Assembly: GCA_963991145.1 (NCBI GenBank)
Contig: CAXDOZ010000002.1
Span: 1 to 63,235, forward strand
DNA: 63,235 nucleotides
Origin: an uncultured Chitinophagales bacterium
Lineage (GTDB): Bacteria > Bacteroidota > Bacteroidia > Chitinophagales > JABDMM01
Reading direction: 5' to 3'
Shown here: positions 1-10,000 of the stretch, piece by piece
Position numbering within the stretch: the first letter of the stretch is position 1
How the letters are laid out: every line of letters starts with the position of its first letter
Made by a program: the position numbers and the translations under genes
Notes under the pieces: generated by a model
What the model was told of the DNA's origin: nothing
Databases searched by the model: none
Seen by the model: only the letters and a program-made list of their open reading frames with translations

Positions 1-84
1 ATCTACTAGAGCGTCCGAAATTTGATCGGCGATTTTATCTGGGTGTCCCTCTGATACCGACTCAGAGGTAAATAGGTATGGCAT
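1..84 (-). CDS. metK: S-adenosylmethionine synthetase, first 28 codons only (gene runs off the left edge of the window)
   Basis: Reverse-strand translation from the ATG at 82-84 gives MPYLFTSESVSEGHPDKIADQISDALVD, the canonical MetK N-terminus. It is absent from the ORF track because it is truncated. Confidence 0.85.
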   Translation of the reverse strand, partial: MPYLFTSESVSEGHPDKIADQISDALVD

Positions 85-132
85 ATTCTATTGTTTGAAT
101 GATGATTATGGACGGGCGAAAATAAGAAAATG

Positions 133-2220
133 CTAGTAAGAAAGAAGCTTCTCTAAACGCTCTCTTACCTTTTCGGCCGATGGTAGCATGGTTTGCTCTA
201 ATGTGCTGTTCAAAGGTATAGCAGGAGTATTCACTGCACCCATGATCCCAACTGGTGCATCAAGGTTCTCAAAGCAGTATTCTGATATCCTACCAGCTAT
301 ACTTTCTGCAAAGGAATTTGATATGGTTTCCTCAGTTAGTACAAGCACTTTACCATGAACTTTTACTCGCTCGTAGATGAGTTCTGTATCGAGTGGATTC
401 AAAGATCTAAGGTCTACGATCTCAACTTTGTCTTTAAAAGAAGCAGAGGCGTTCATTGCCCAGTAAACACCCATTCCGTAGGTGATTACAACAAGACTCT
501 CTCCGTTCTCAATGGCTTCTTCACTTGCCTCCTGGGCTATTCTTCCTTTTCCAAGAGGAATAACATATTCCTCGTCTGGCTCCACTGTCATTGCAGCTTT
601 GGTTCCTGGAACCTTTGACCAGTAAAGTCCCTTATGCTCAAAGATCACAACCGGGTTTGGATCATAGAATGCTGCTTTGAGCAGGCCCTTCATATCTGCC
701 GAGTTGGAAGGATAAATGACCTTTACCCCTTTTATCTGCAGAATTACTGATTCAACACTGGATGAGTGATATGGCCCTCCTGATCCATAAGCTCCAATTG
801 GAACCCGGATCAAACTCTGTACAGGCCATTTTCCATTTGACAGGTAATAAGATCTTGAAAGCTCAGTAAAGAGCTGGTTCAGACCTGGCCAAACGTAATC
901 TGCAAACTGAACCTCAACGATCGGCTTGCATCCGGCAGCAGACATTCCAGTGGTTGATCCAATAATGTATGCTTCCTGAATCGGAGTATTGAAAACTCTC
1001 TTATCTCCGTATTTGCCCGTAAGGGTTGCTGCCTCGCGGAAAACCCCACCAAGTTTACCTCCAACATCCTGTCCGTACAACAATGCTTCAGGGTGAGTTT
1101 TTAAGATCTCATCTACAGCATGGAGAGCTGCATCAACCATTACCACAGGCTCTTTTCCTGCAGGTTTGCGCTCACCTTTTTCTTCTGTAATTGGAGTAGG
1201 AGCAAAGATGTGCTCTGTAAGATCCTCTGGTTTTGGATCCTCTTCTAGCAATGCTCTTTGATAATCGCTAGCAACCAATTCTTTAGCGCTGGCCTCAATT
1301 CTTTCTAATTCCTCAAGTTCAATTCCCTCTTCTAAAAGTTGAGCTTTGAATTTTGGGAAGGGATCTCTCTCCTCATGAGCCGCAAGATCTTCTTCCGGTC
1401 TGTACCATTCCTTTCTAACTCCTGATGTATGGTGGTTGAGAAGTGGAACTGTTGCGTGAACCATGATCGGTTTGCGATTCTTCCTGGCTTCTGAAACAGC
1501 TTTTTTCATGGTCTTATACGATTCCATGAAATCGGTTCCATCAATTGAATAGACCTTCAGTCCTTTAAATCCTCTTGCGTATTCAGGAGCATCCATTGCC
1601 CTCACTTCACTGGCATGAGCTGAGATATCCCATTCATTATCCTGCACAAGGTAAATGATAGGGTAGTTGTGAAGAACCGACATCTGGAAAGCCTCGGCAA
1701 CTTCTCCTTCTGTTATTGCTCCATCACCAACTGAGCAAATTACAATTGGCTCTTCGCCTTTTTCCGGCTTATCAATTCTCTGGCCTTCTCTGTACTTGAT
1801 TCCCTGAGCGGCTCCGGTTGCTGGAATAACCTGCATTCCGGTTGCTGAGGATTGGTGAGGGATCTTAGGCATATCCTCCCTTCTTGCAGAAGGGTGAGAG
1901 TAATATGTTCTTCCTCCAGAGAAAGGATCAGTGCGCTTAGCAAGAAGCTGAAGCATGCAATCAAAAGGAGTAAACCCAATTCCTAAAAGAATCGAATCAT
2001 CCCTGTAATAAGGGAAAACAAAATCTTGTGGTTTTAACTGAAAAGCTGCAGCTAGCTGGATGGCTTCATGTCCTCTTGATGTAGCGTGAACATACTTTGA
2101 GGTGACGTCCTTATTCTCTTCATACAAAACCGCCATTTCCTTTGCGGTACACATGAGTTCATAAGCTTTCAGATATGTTGAAGTCTCAGAACTCTTCCTT
2201 TTTGCCGTACTTGATGCCAT
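133..2220 (-). CDS. Thiamine-diphosphate-dependent 2-oxo acid dehydrogenase E1 component, fused alpha+beta subunits (branched-chain keto acid dehydrogenase type)
   Basis: 695-aa ORF. The N-half carries the TPP-binding motif GDGAITEGE...VQDNEWDIS. The C-half is a transketolase-like beta-subunit region (NTPIQEAYIIGSTTGMSAAG). No E2/E3 genes are adjacent. Confidence 0.85.
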   Translation of the reverse strand: MASSTAKRKSSETSTYLKAYELMCTAKEMAVLYEENKDVTSKYVHATSRGHEAIQLAAAFQLKPQDFVFPYYRDDSILLGIGFTPFDCMLQLLAKRTDPFSGGRTYYSHPSARREDMPKIPHQSSATGMQVIPATGAAQGIKYREGQRIDKPEKGEEPIVICSVGDGAITEGEVAEAFQMSVLHNYPIIYLVQDNEWDISAHASEVRAMDAPEYARGFKGLKVYSIDGTDFMESYKTMKKAVSEARKNRKPIMVHATVPLLNHHTSGVRKEWYRPEEDLAAHEERDPFPKFKAQLLEEGIELEELERIEASAKELVASDYQRALLEEDPKPEDLTEHIFAPTPITEEKGERKPAGKEPVVMVDAALHAVDEILKTHPEALLYGQDVGGKLGGVFREAATLTGKYGDKRVFNTPIQEAYIIGSTTGMSAAGCKPIVEVQFADYVWPGLNQLFTELSRSYYLSNGKWPVQSLIRVPIGAYGSGGPYHSSSVESVILQIKGVKVIYPSNSADMKGLLKAAFYDPNPVVIFEHKGLYWSKVPGTKAAMTVEPDEEYVIPLGKGRIAQEASEEAIENGESLVVITYGMGVYWAMNASASFKDKVEIVDLRSLNPLDTELIYERVKVHGKVLVLTEETISNSFAESIAGRISEYCFENLDAPVGIMGAVNTPAIPLNSTLEQTMLPSAEKVRERLEKLLSY

Positions 2221-2244
2221 AGGGTGAAAATACTGAAATATGCA

Positions 2245-2850
2245 CTATTTGATGTTGCAGCGAAGCATCTGCTTTTCGCCAATAAATCCTTTGAATTCGT
2301 CGCCGATATTGACCTTGCCAACACCTGCAGGAGTGCCGGTAAAAATGAGGTCTCCCATCTGAAGGGTAAAGAATTTTGATAGGTAAACGATCAGCTCTTT
2401 AAAATCAAAAAGCATTTCGTCTGGGGTTCCTTGCTGAACGATCTCTCCATTTTGCTCGAGCCTAAAGCTCGGATCTTTCCAAAACTCTTCTCGTGGCATA
2501 AAATCTCCCATTACTGCGGAGTTGTTAAATGCCTTTGCTATTTCCCAGGGATGACCCTTCTCTTTCAGCTCTTGTTGCAAGTCTCTGGCAGTAAGGTCAA
2601 TTCCCAGTCCAACTTCTGAATAATAAGAATCGGCAAATGCCGGATCAATGTGCTTACCATTCTTGCTCACACGTAGTACTAATTCTACTTCGTAGTGAAT
2701 GTCATTGGAGAAATCTGGATGAAAGAAAGGCTTTCCCTCTCTAAGCATAGAGGTAGGAAGTTTACAGAATACTACTGGTCGTTTTGGAATTGGATTATTC
2801 AACTCCTTTGCATGCATTGCATAGTTTCTACCAATACAAAAGATCTTCAT
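2245..2850 (-). CDS. Fumarylacetoacetate hydrolase (FAH) family protein
   Basis: 201-aa ORF with FAH-family C-terminal motifs (DLIFTGTPAGVG) and the typical MKIFCIGRNY start. Confidence 0.85.
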   Translation of the reverse strand: MKIFCIGRNYAMHAKELNNPIPKRPVVFCKLPTSMLREGKPFFHPDFSNDIHYEVELVLRVSKNGKHIDPAFADSYYSEVGLGIDLTARDLQQELKEKGHPWEIAKAFNNSAVMGDFMPREEFWKDPSFRLEQNGEIVQQGTPDEMLFDFKELIVYLSKFFTLQMGDLIFTGTPAGVGKVNIGDEFKGFIGEKQMLRCNIK

Positions 2851-2852
2851 CC

Positions 2853-3410
2853 TTAGCGATTGAATTCGTTCATAGCCTTATCGAGGCCTTTTAAAATAAA
2901 TGTGTCAATAGCATCTGAGCTAGCCTGAATTAATTCAGGCAGGTCTTTCTGTTGATCAGAAGACCATTGTCCTAAAACATACTTGACTTGTTGTCCGGGA
3001 TAGAAGTCTTTTCCAACTCCAAAACGCAATCTTGGGTAAGCTGCACCCAGTACTTGCTGAATGTCTTTTAAGCCATTATGCCCTCCATCAGATCCCTTCC
3101 GCTTGATGCGAATTGCACCGAAGTCGAGATGAATATCATCTACAACCACAAAGACTTTCTCGATGGGTGTTTTGTATTGCTGCATCCAATGGCGAACAGC
3201 TTTTCCGCTAAGATTCACATAGGTAGTTGGCTTGATAAGGCAAACCTTTTCCCCTTTGGTGCGATATTCTGCAAAAAAAGCATGGCGTCCCAAAGTGAAT
3301 GAGACGCCATGATCATTTGCATGTTTGTCAAGCACATCAAATCCAATGTTGTGCCTGGTACCAATATATTCTGCACCAATATTTCCTATGCCTACTATTA
3401 GATAACTCAC
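2853..3410 (-). CDS. pth: Peptidyl-tRNA hydrolase
   Basis: 185 aa with VGIGNIGAEYIGTRHNIGF and GHNGLKDI motifs. Sits in the conserved prs-rplY-pth order. Confidence 0.95.
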   Translation of the reverse strand: MSYLIVGIGNIGAEYIGTRHNIGFDVLDKHANDHGVSFTLGRHAFFAEYRTKGEKVCLIKPTTYVNLSGKAVRHWMQQYKTPIEKVFVVVDDIHLDFGAIRIKRKGSDGGHNGLKDIQQVLGAAYPRLRFGVGKDFYPGQQVKYVLGQWSSDQQKDLPELIQASSDAIDTFILKGLDKAMNEFNR

Positions 3411-3430
3411 CTAAGGCCAGGTAATATAGA

Positions 3431-4081
3431 TTATTCAGCAGCTTGCTCCCCAGCAGCTTCAGCGCCTTCTGCACCTTCAGCTCCTTCTTCTGCAGTTGCT
3501 GTTTCTTCTTCTTCGTCAGCTCCTCCACCTCTAAGTGCTCTTGGAATAGTAACCTGAGCAACTGGAGAACCACCAGCATTCATGATCTCGATATTATCTA
3601 ATTCGATTTCACGAACCTTGATTGATTTTCCTAGAGTTAGGTGAGTAACGTCAAGTTCAATATGGTCAACCAAATCCTTTGGAAGGGCTTTGATTCTCAG
3701 TTTTCTGATTTTAAGGTCCAAACGACCACCAGCTTGAACACCTTCTGCGAATCCAGTCAAACGAACCGGAACAGACACAGTTAGCTTGGTTCCAGCAACT
3801 AGTTTCTGAAAGTCAACGTGAAGTAATCTGTCAGTTACAGGATCGAATTGAGCATTCTTAAGAATACACTCATACTCCTGACCGTCAACACTTACAGTTG
3901 CTTTACGGAATTCGTCAGTATAGATAAGTTGGTTGATTTCCTTCGGATCTGCAGTAAAATGCAGTGCATCTTCCCCATCAGAGTACATCACACAGGGTAC
4001 CATTCCTTCTTTGCGGATTTTTTTTGCTCCTGAAGTTCCATTAGGACTGCGAAGAGTACCTTGAATTGTTACAGACTGCAT
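3431..4081 (-). CDS. rplY: 50S ribosomal protein L25 / general stress protein Ctc, with an acidic Ala/Glu-rich C-terminal tail
   Basis: L25/Ctc-like sequence begins at MQSVTIQGTLR. I moved the start to the ATG at 4079-4081. The track start at 4168 would overlap prs by 77 nt. Confidence 0.9.
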   Translation of the reverse strand: MQSVTIQGTLRSPNGTSGAKKIRKEGMVPCVMYSDGEDALHFTADPKEINQLIYTDEFRKATVSVDGQEYECILKNAQFDPVTDRLLHVDFQKLVAGTKLTVSVPVRLTGFAEGVQAGGRLDLKIRKLRIKALPKDLVDHIELDVTHLTLGKSIKVREIELDNIEIMNAGGSPVAQVTIPRALRGGGADEEEETATAEEGAEGAEGAEAAGEQAAE

Positions 4082-4091
4082 GTTGTCTTTT

Positions 4092-5030
4092 TTATTGATT
4101 GATAAATAATTCGTTAATTGATTTGTGCTCATGAGTGTGTCTGATAGCCTTGGCAAAAAGCTGGGCAACAGATAACACCTTGATCTTCTTCGATTGCTGT
4201 CTAAGTGGAATCGTATCTGTTACGATCAACTCAGTCAACTTCGACTTTTCTATTTTTTCAAAAGCAGATCCTGAAAGAACCGGGTGAGTACAGATTGCTC
4301 TTACACTCCTTGCTCCCTGATCGATCAGCATATCTGCTGCACTACATAATGTGCCTCCGGTATCGATGATATCATCTACCAGAACCACATCCTTTCCTTC
4401 AACATTACCAATAACACGCATCTCTGCGATCTCATTGGCTTTTACTCTATACTTATCACACACTACCAACTCAGCGTCGAAGTAGTTTGCATAAGAGCGA
4501 GCTCTTTTGATACTACCGGCATCCGGTGATGCAAATGTCAGGTTCGTCCAATTATGCTTTTCGATGTAGGGATAGAAGATAGCGGTAGAGTTCAAGTGAT
4601 CCACCGGAATATCAAAGAATCCCTGAATCTGTCCGGCGTGAAGGTCCATTGTCATTACACGACTGGCTCCAGCGCTGGTAAGCAGATTGGCGATCATCTT
4701 TGAGGCGATTGCGACTCTCGGACGATCTTTTCGATCCTGACGAGCAAAGCCGAAATATGGTATCACAGCAGTGATGTAATCAGCTGAAGCTCTTTTTGCA
4801 GCATCAATTGTCATTAACAGCTCAAAAAGATTATCAGTAGGAGGCATTGTAGACTGAATAATGAATACAAAAGCACCTCTTACAGATTCCTTTATGATAG
4901 GTTGAAATTCCCCGTCACTAAAGCGAGTAATCTCAAGTTGCCCAAGGTTTTGACCGTAGTAATCTGCAATGTTTTCTGCCAGGTAATTACTAGCATTTCC
5001 ACTAAAGAGTTTTACGTCGGCTACAACCAT
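4092..5030 (-). CDS. prs: Ribose-phosphate pyrophosphokinase
   Basis: 312 aa with DLHAGQIQGFF and the PRPP-binding loop VLVDDIIDTGGTL. Confidence 0.95.
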   Translation of the reverse strand: MVVADVKLFSGNASNYLAENIADYYGQNLGQLEITRFSDGEFQPIIKESVRGAFVFIIQSTMPPTDNLFELLMTIDAAKRASADYITAVIPYFGFARQDRKDRPRVAIASKMIANLLTSAGASRVMTMDLHAGQIQGFFDIPVDHLNSTAIFYPYIEKHNWTNLTFASPDAGSIKRARSYANYFDAELVVCDKYRVKANEIAEMRVIGNVEGKDVVLVDDIIDTGGTLCSAADMLIDQGARSVRAICTHPVLSGSAFEKIEKSKLTELIVTDTIPLRQQSKKIKVLSVAQLFAKAIRHTHEHKSINELFINQ

Positions 5031-5058
5031 GGGATATACCTTTACTGTTAAAGGAGTG

Positions 5059-5066
5059 CAAAGATA
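5059..5066 (-). promoter_or_regulatory. Candidate Bacteroidota -7 promoter box (TATCTTTG) for prs
   Basis: The minus strand reads TATCTTTG, matching TAnnTTTG, about 29 nt upstream of the prs ATG. No clear -33 TTTG partner. Confidence 0.3.
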
Positions 5067-5118
5067 TGAATTTGATTGAAAAAAACGCTCCGGGAATAGA
5101 GAATCAAGCGCTTATCAA

Positions 5119-5149
5119 TAAAAAAAGCCTTCAATCGAATTGAAGGCTT
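5119..5149 (-). terminator. Rho-independent terminator downstream of tRNA-Gln
   Basis: On the minus strand, stem AAGCCTTCAAT / ATTGAAGGCTT (5125-5135 / 5139-5149) is followed by a run of 7 U (A-run 5120-5126 on the plus strand). Confidence 0.6.
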
Positions 5150-5156
5150 TAAATCG

Positions 5157-5229
5157 TTGGCCCACTAGGGCTCGAACCTAGACTCTTCTGAACCAAAATC
5201 AGACGTGTTGCCAGTTACACCATGGGCCA
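5157..5229 (-). tRNA. tRNA-Gln (anticodon UUG)
   Basis: Hand-folded cloverleaf: acceptor TGGCCCA/TGGGCCA, D stem GTGT/ACAC, anticodon stem TCTGA/TCAGA with loop TTTTGGT (anticodon TTG), T stem CTAGG/CCTAG with loop TTCGAGC. 73 nt, CCA not encoded. Confidence 0.9.
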
Positions 5230-5256
5230 TTAAACCGCTTTTCTCAAAAAGCTTGG

Positions 5257-5264
5257 CAAAGTTA
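5257..5264 (-). promoter_or_regulatory. Candidate -7 promoter box (TAACTTTG) for tRNA-Gln
   Basis: The minus strand reads TAACTTTG (TAnnTTTG), 28 nt upstream of the mature tRNA 5' end. Confidence 0.3.
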
Positions 5265-5285
5265 TAAAAAAGACAATTATTGAGC

Positions 5286-6095
5286 CTACTCGATCTTGTC
5301 AAAAATCTTGTTCATCCCCAATTTCCTCATCGCTCCTTTGATGAAGTTCTTGGTAGATTCCTTGGCAGCAGTTTTTACTGCTTTTGCCTTGCTCTCATTC
5401 GGGCGAGTCTTGAAGATGGTATCATGATATTTTACTGGATTCTCTTCGCTGATAGGAGTGTAGTAATAAGTGAAGAATGAATTTCTTTTCATTCCTTCAG
5501 GAAGATTGATCTGGTCGTATCCGTGCCAGGAGATCTCTGAAGTGGCAAACATTGCACCTCTATTGTAATGAGGGTAGATCTCTGCTCCAAGGTTTTTCAC
5601 CTTCTCATCCCAGAGTTCCAAAGCTCCTCCATATTCGTCTTTCCACTCCTTATTAAAGAATATCAAAAGGTTTAACCTTCTGTGGAGGTTTAGAACTGGG
5701 TGAATACTAAAGTCTACATGGATATCCAGAAAGCTTCCATCTGTTCCCTGGTGAACACCTGTTCCCCTGTGGTCATCTGGTAAGATCAATCCATCGATCC
5801 CGGTGATCTTTTCAAGAACCTCAACGAATTCCTTTTGAGCCAGAGCTTCTCGAAGCTGAGTGAATGACTCATGATACTGATCAAAGTTCGATCCCTCAGA
5901 CTTCTTTTCATTCAAGCCTTCATAATGCCTGCGCATTTGCTCTGCTGTAGGGAAGTTATCGTACAAGGTTTTACAGAATTCCTCATCGAGTAGATCATCG
6001 ATGTACATATTTGGAAATGGCTCCGCACCCTGAAATGACTTTGCAGCCTCTTCCTGAAACTCATTAGTAAAGATTCTATCGTTAAAGATCTTCAT
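5286..6095 (-). CDS. 2-oxoglutarate/Fe(II)-dependent oxygenase family protein
   Basis: 269 aa. HxD (DIHVD), distal His (ISWHG) and Arg (MKRNSF) have the spacing typical of prolyl-hydroxylase-like 2OG-FeII_Oxy domains. Confidence 0.7.
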   Translation of the reverse strand: MKIFNDRIFTNEFQEEAAKSFQGAEPFPNMYIDDLLDEEFCKTLYDNFPTAEQMRRHYEGLNEKKSEGSNFDQYHESFTQLREALAQKEFVEVLEKITGIDGLILPDDHRGTGVHQGTDGSFLDIHVDFSIHPVLNLHRRLNLLIFFNKEWKDEYGGALELWDEKVKNLGAEIYPHYNRGAMFATSEISWHGYDQINLPEGMKRNSFFTYYYTPISEENPVKYHDTIFKTRPNESKAKAVKTAAKESTKNFIKGAMRKLGMNKIFDKIE

Positions 6096-6102
6096 GGTTT
6101 AT

Positions 6103-6873
6103 CTATTTCTCGCAAACACAAAAGAAGTCATAGCAGAGGTCATCTGCCGGCGACAAATGGTAATCCTCAGTAGTGATACTCATCACTAAATCATCATTTG
6201 TCTGCTTTAATTTATCTCGATTCATTCTATTTAGAATGTCGTAAGGAATAGCAAGAACACTTCTTGGAAGGCGATATTCAAGATTGAAAATGTCAAGCTT
6301 CTTATACTTCGCTACTGAAGCTTTATTCTTTTCAAAGTACTTAGAGACCTTATCATCACCATAAACTCCTTTTAATCCAACCTTCTGGAAATGTGGTTGA
6401 AAAAGAGAAACCATTTCCTCCTTGGTGTACTCACGCACATGCCATGGGTTTCTGGTTAAGGACATTTTGATATTAGGTGTAGTGATCACTGCTTTACCGC
6501 CAGGGCGTAAAACTCTGCTGATCTCCTTTACATACATTTCATCATCCTGGATGTGCTCGATGACCTGAAAGCTTACGACAGTATCGAAGCTCTCATCTTC
6601 AAACATGCTCAAAGGAGGGATGTTAGCCTCAATAAATTTGCCCTGAGGGTATTTCTTTCTAAGTTCTCCAAGAACAATGTTGTTCTTGTCCACTGCTGTG
6701 AAGGTGTCAGCGTTCTCCATCAAAAGCTCCATGCCTCTTCCTTCTCCACAACCAATATCCAATACGTCACCACGAATAAAATCCGCAGCTCGGATATACG
6801 CGTACTTTAATCTTTGGTGGATGGGGTTATCAGATGCAATTGAGGAGGAGGTTATCTCCGTAGTCTGAATCAC
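6103..6873 (-). CDS. Class I SAM-dependent methyltransferase
   Basis: 256 aa with SAM-binding motif I VLDIGCGEGRG and downstream Rossmann-type motifs (DTVVSFQVIEH, LRPGGKAVITTP). Confidence 0.85.
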   Translation of the reverse strand: MIQTTEITSSSIASDNPIHQRLKYAYIRAADFIRGDVLDIGCGEGRGMELLMENADTFTAVDKNNIVLGELRKKYPQGKFIEANIPPLSMFEDESFDTVVSFQVIEHIQDDEMYVKEISRVLRPGGKAVITTPNIKMSLTRNPWHVREYTKEEMVSLFQPHFQKVGLKGVYGDDKVSKYFEKNKASVAKYKKLDIFNLEYRLPRSVLAIPYDILNRMNRDKLKQTNDDLVMSITTEDYHLSPADDLCYDFFCVCEK

Positions 6874-7011
6874 AAGCGAATCTATTTAACAGGTTTTATG
6901 ATTGTATTTGCGTTGTTGCATCTCCTGTTGCTTTAAATTGCCATAGATGCAAGCTTTTCAAAGATAGATAATTTTCAAAGCAGCATAAAGGTCTTGCAAT
7001 GAGATAAAGCC

Positions 7012-7040
7012 TTTGTGTCGATGCCCTTTTATTATATTTG
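7012..7040 (+). promoter_or_regulatory. Candidate Bacteroidota promoter (-33 TTTG, -7 TATATTTG) for the DUF2723 gene
   Basis: TTTG at 7012-7015 and TATATTTG at 7033-7040, with a 17-nt spacer. A short hairpin AGCGCTT/AAGCGCT (7042-7061) lies in the predicted 5' leader. Confidence 0.35.
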
Positions 7041-7074
7041 AGCGCTTTAATCGAAGCGCTAATTCGAGCAATTA

Positions 7075-10000
7075 ATGGAAAATAATTTTAAGCGTCTTAA
7101 CAACATCACCGGCTGGGCCGTTTTCGTGATCGCCCTTATCGTCTATACCCTTACTCTTGAGCCTACTGTAAGCTTCTGGGATTGTGGGGAGTTTATATCT
7201 GGAGCACATAAGCTAGAAGTAGTTCACCCTCCCGGGGCACCCTTCTTTCTTTTGTTAGGTAATGTATTCATTACACTATTCTCTTTTGGGAATGATGCAA
7301 GAGCTGCATGGTCAGTGAATTTTATGTCAGGTCTTTCAACAGCACTGGCTGTTCTGTTCCTCTTTTGGACAATTACGAATCTGGCTAAGCGAATCATTTT
7401 CAAAGACGGCGAGATCACAATGCCAAAGATCCTTGTAGTTCTTTTCGCAGGTATTGTAGGATCATTAGCAAGTACCTTTTCAGATACACAGTGGTTCTCT
7501 GCAGTGGAAGGAGAGGTATATGCGCTGTCTCTGTTCTTTATGTCCTTTGGTGTTTGGGCGATCCTTAAATGGGAAGAGTCCGATGATGAATACCAGGATC
7601 GCTGGTTACTACTGATCGCTTTCTCTTTGGGACTTGCTACAGGAGTTCACCTTCTATCATTACTAGTGGTTCCAATCGTAGCATTGGTTTACTATCTAAA
7701 GAAATACAAGCCAACTATCATTGGTGGATTGATAGCATTCGCTGCAGGTTTTGCCTTTATCCTGATCTTCATGCAGAAGATCATTATCGCGGGTATTCCA
7801 TGGTTCGCTTCAAGATTGGATAGAGTATTTGTAAACTCTATGGGAATGCCATTTAACAGTGGCGCCCTGGTATCGATTTTGATCATTGCTGGTATTGCAG
7901 CATATCTGGTATACTACACTCAAAAGAAAGGGCACTCCGAGTGGAATAAGCTTGTTCTTGCCATTGTCTTCATCCTCATTGGATACTCAACATATATGAT
8001 GGTTCCGATCAGGGCTGAGATCAACCCTCCGATCAACATGAATAAACCTGAGGATCCATTCCGTATGCTTAGCTACCTAAACCGTGAGCAATATGGTGAG
8101 CGCCCTCTTGCATTTGGTCCACAGTACACTGCAAGCAGCAGATGGGATAGAGATCCTAATGTACAGGGTGGAGTGAAAATCACCGGTGCATACACTTATA
8201 AGGTTGGAGATCAGTATGAAGACATTGATGATAAGCTTCAGATCGCATGGTCACCTGAGTCAAAAGTATTCTTCCCAAGAATGGGATTCCCGGGAGATAA
8301 TGACAAGAAGCAAGCCTTCCGTTACTGGATCAAGCCAGGGGCGAAGATCATTGACAGAGCAGGTGGAAATCAGATCATTCAGGAATTACCATATGAAACT
8401 CTGGTTAGTAAATATGGAGATATTAGAAATGCAGCTGAGCAGGAGCTGAAGATCTATAAGCAAAGCTATCCTCAACGTGAACTTGATGTGATCGATAACA
8501 TCTCAAGCGGAGACAACTTCAGTTTCTTTTTCAAGTATCAGGTTGGATATATGTACATGAGATACTTCATGTGGAATTTTGCCGGTCGCCAAAACAATGA
8601 CCAGGGTTATTTCCGGGATGCTGAAGCCAATGGTGGATGGATCTGCGGAATCCCATTCCTCGATAATACCTTGAGCTTCTGGGGACATGCCACATTGCCT
8701 CAAACAGATCTGCCTTCATTCATGGCAGAAAATCCATCTCAGAACAAGTTCTACCTTCTTCCATTAATCTTCGGATTGATTGGCCTGATCTGGATGTTTC
8801 AGAAAGACAAAGAGATCTTTAGCATTGTATTCTTCCTGTTCATTTTCACAGGTGCGCTACAAATCATTTATCACAATCAGCCACCTGTTGAACCGCGTGA
8901 GCGTGATTACGTATTCGTGGGATCTTTCTTCGCCTATGCGATCTGGATCGGATTTGGAGTACTGGCAATCTTCGATCTATTGAAGACCAGATTTAAGCTT
9001 TCTGAAATGCCAGCTGCGGCTGTTGCTTTCGGTATGTGCCTCATTGCTCCTCTACTAATGGGATCTCAAGGTTGGGATGATCACGATCGTAGCCACAAGT
9101 ACACTGCACGCGATTTTGCTTTGAACTACCTGGAGTCTTGTGCTCCAAATGCTATTCTATTTACACAAGGTGATAATGATACCTATCCTCTCTGGTATGC
9201 TACAGAGGTTGAGGGCATTCGCCCTGATGTTCGTGTAGTGAATCTTTCACTTCTTGGAGTGGATTGGTATGCAGATCAATTATTCTACGCTGTGAATGAA
9301 TCACCTGCACTAAAGATGAGTCTGACTCCCGAAGAGCTCTTTGCCACCAGAAGGCAGTATACGAGCTTCTTTGAGGATAAAGCCAAATTCGCCCCGGGCA
9401 AGTACCACAATGCGCAGGACGTAATGGCTTATCTGACTTCAGACAATCAGGCGGATATGCAGTACAACCAGCGTATGGGTAAATATGAAAATGTTGTTCC
9501 TACTGCTAATCTTAGAATTCCTCTTGATGTAAATCGAGTGAAGGAATTAGAAATGGTTTCTCCTGCCGATTATGGAAGGCTGGAAGAGATCAAATGGACT
9601 TTGAATTCAAAGAATCTTACAAAGGCAGAGCTGATCACTTTAGACATCATTGCCAACAACTTCTATGAGCGACCGATCTATTTCTGTACTACAGTAGATT
9701 GGAGAACAGCACTTGGACTTGAGCCATATTTCCAGCAAGAGGGATTAGCATTTAGAATAGTTCCGATCAAATACCAGGCGACTACAAACGACATCGATCA
9801 GCAGACTGGACTTTACTACCCATTCTATGTGAACAGTGAAGCTATGTATGATAAGCTGATGAATGTTTATCAGTGGGGAGGAATGGAAGTTCCTGGTAAC
9901 TACATGGATCCTGAGTCTATGCGTGTTACTTACAACTTCCGTGAGATGTTTGTAAGAGCTGCTTACAAAATGGTAGTTGACGGTGATCTTGAAAAGGCAG

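Noticed and set aside
85-132. SAM riboswitch upstream of metK
   Set aside because: Only 48 nt separate the metK start from the preceding gene's stop. That is too short for any SAM riboswitch class, and no conserved riboswitch core is visible.
3431-3500. Repetitive GCA/GAA-rich DNA at the 3' end of rplY as a possible non-coding repeat
   Set aside because: It is in frame and encodes the acidic Ala/Glu-rich tail (AEGAEGAEGAEAAGEQAAE) commonly appended to Ctc-type L25 proteins. It is not an independent repeat element.
4082-4168. N-terminal extensions proposed by the ORF track (L25 at 4168; also PRODH at 39072, orphan at 16225, proS-linked gene at 49825, Nif3 at 58447, repeat protein at 51303, lipoproteins at 44973, 45832 and 48578)
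   Set aside because: In each case the extension overlaps the upstream gene or precedes a clean signal peptide or conserved N-terminus that begins at an internal ATG. The internal starts give standard 1-30-nt gene spacings.
5157-6873. tRNA-Gln as the integration site of a genomic island
   Set aside because: The flanking genes include no integrase, excisionase or transposase. I did not notice a direct repeat of the tRNA 3' end downstream. Neighbouring genes have the same composition as the rest of the window.
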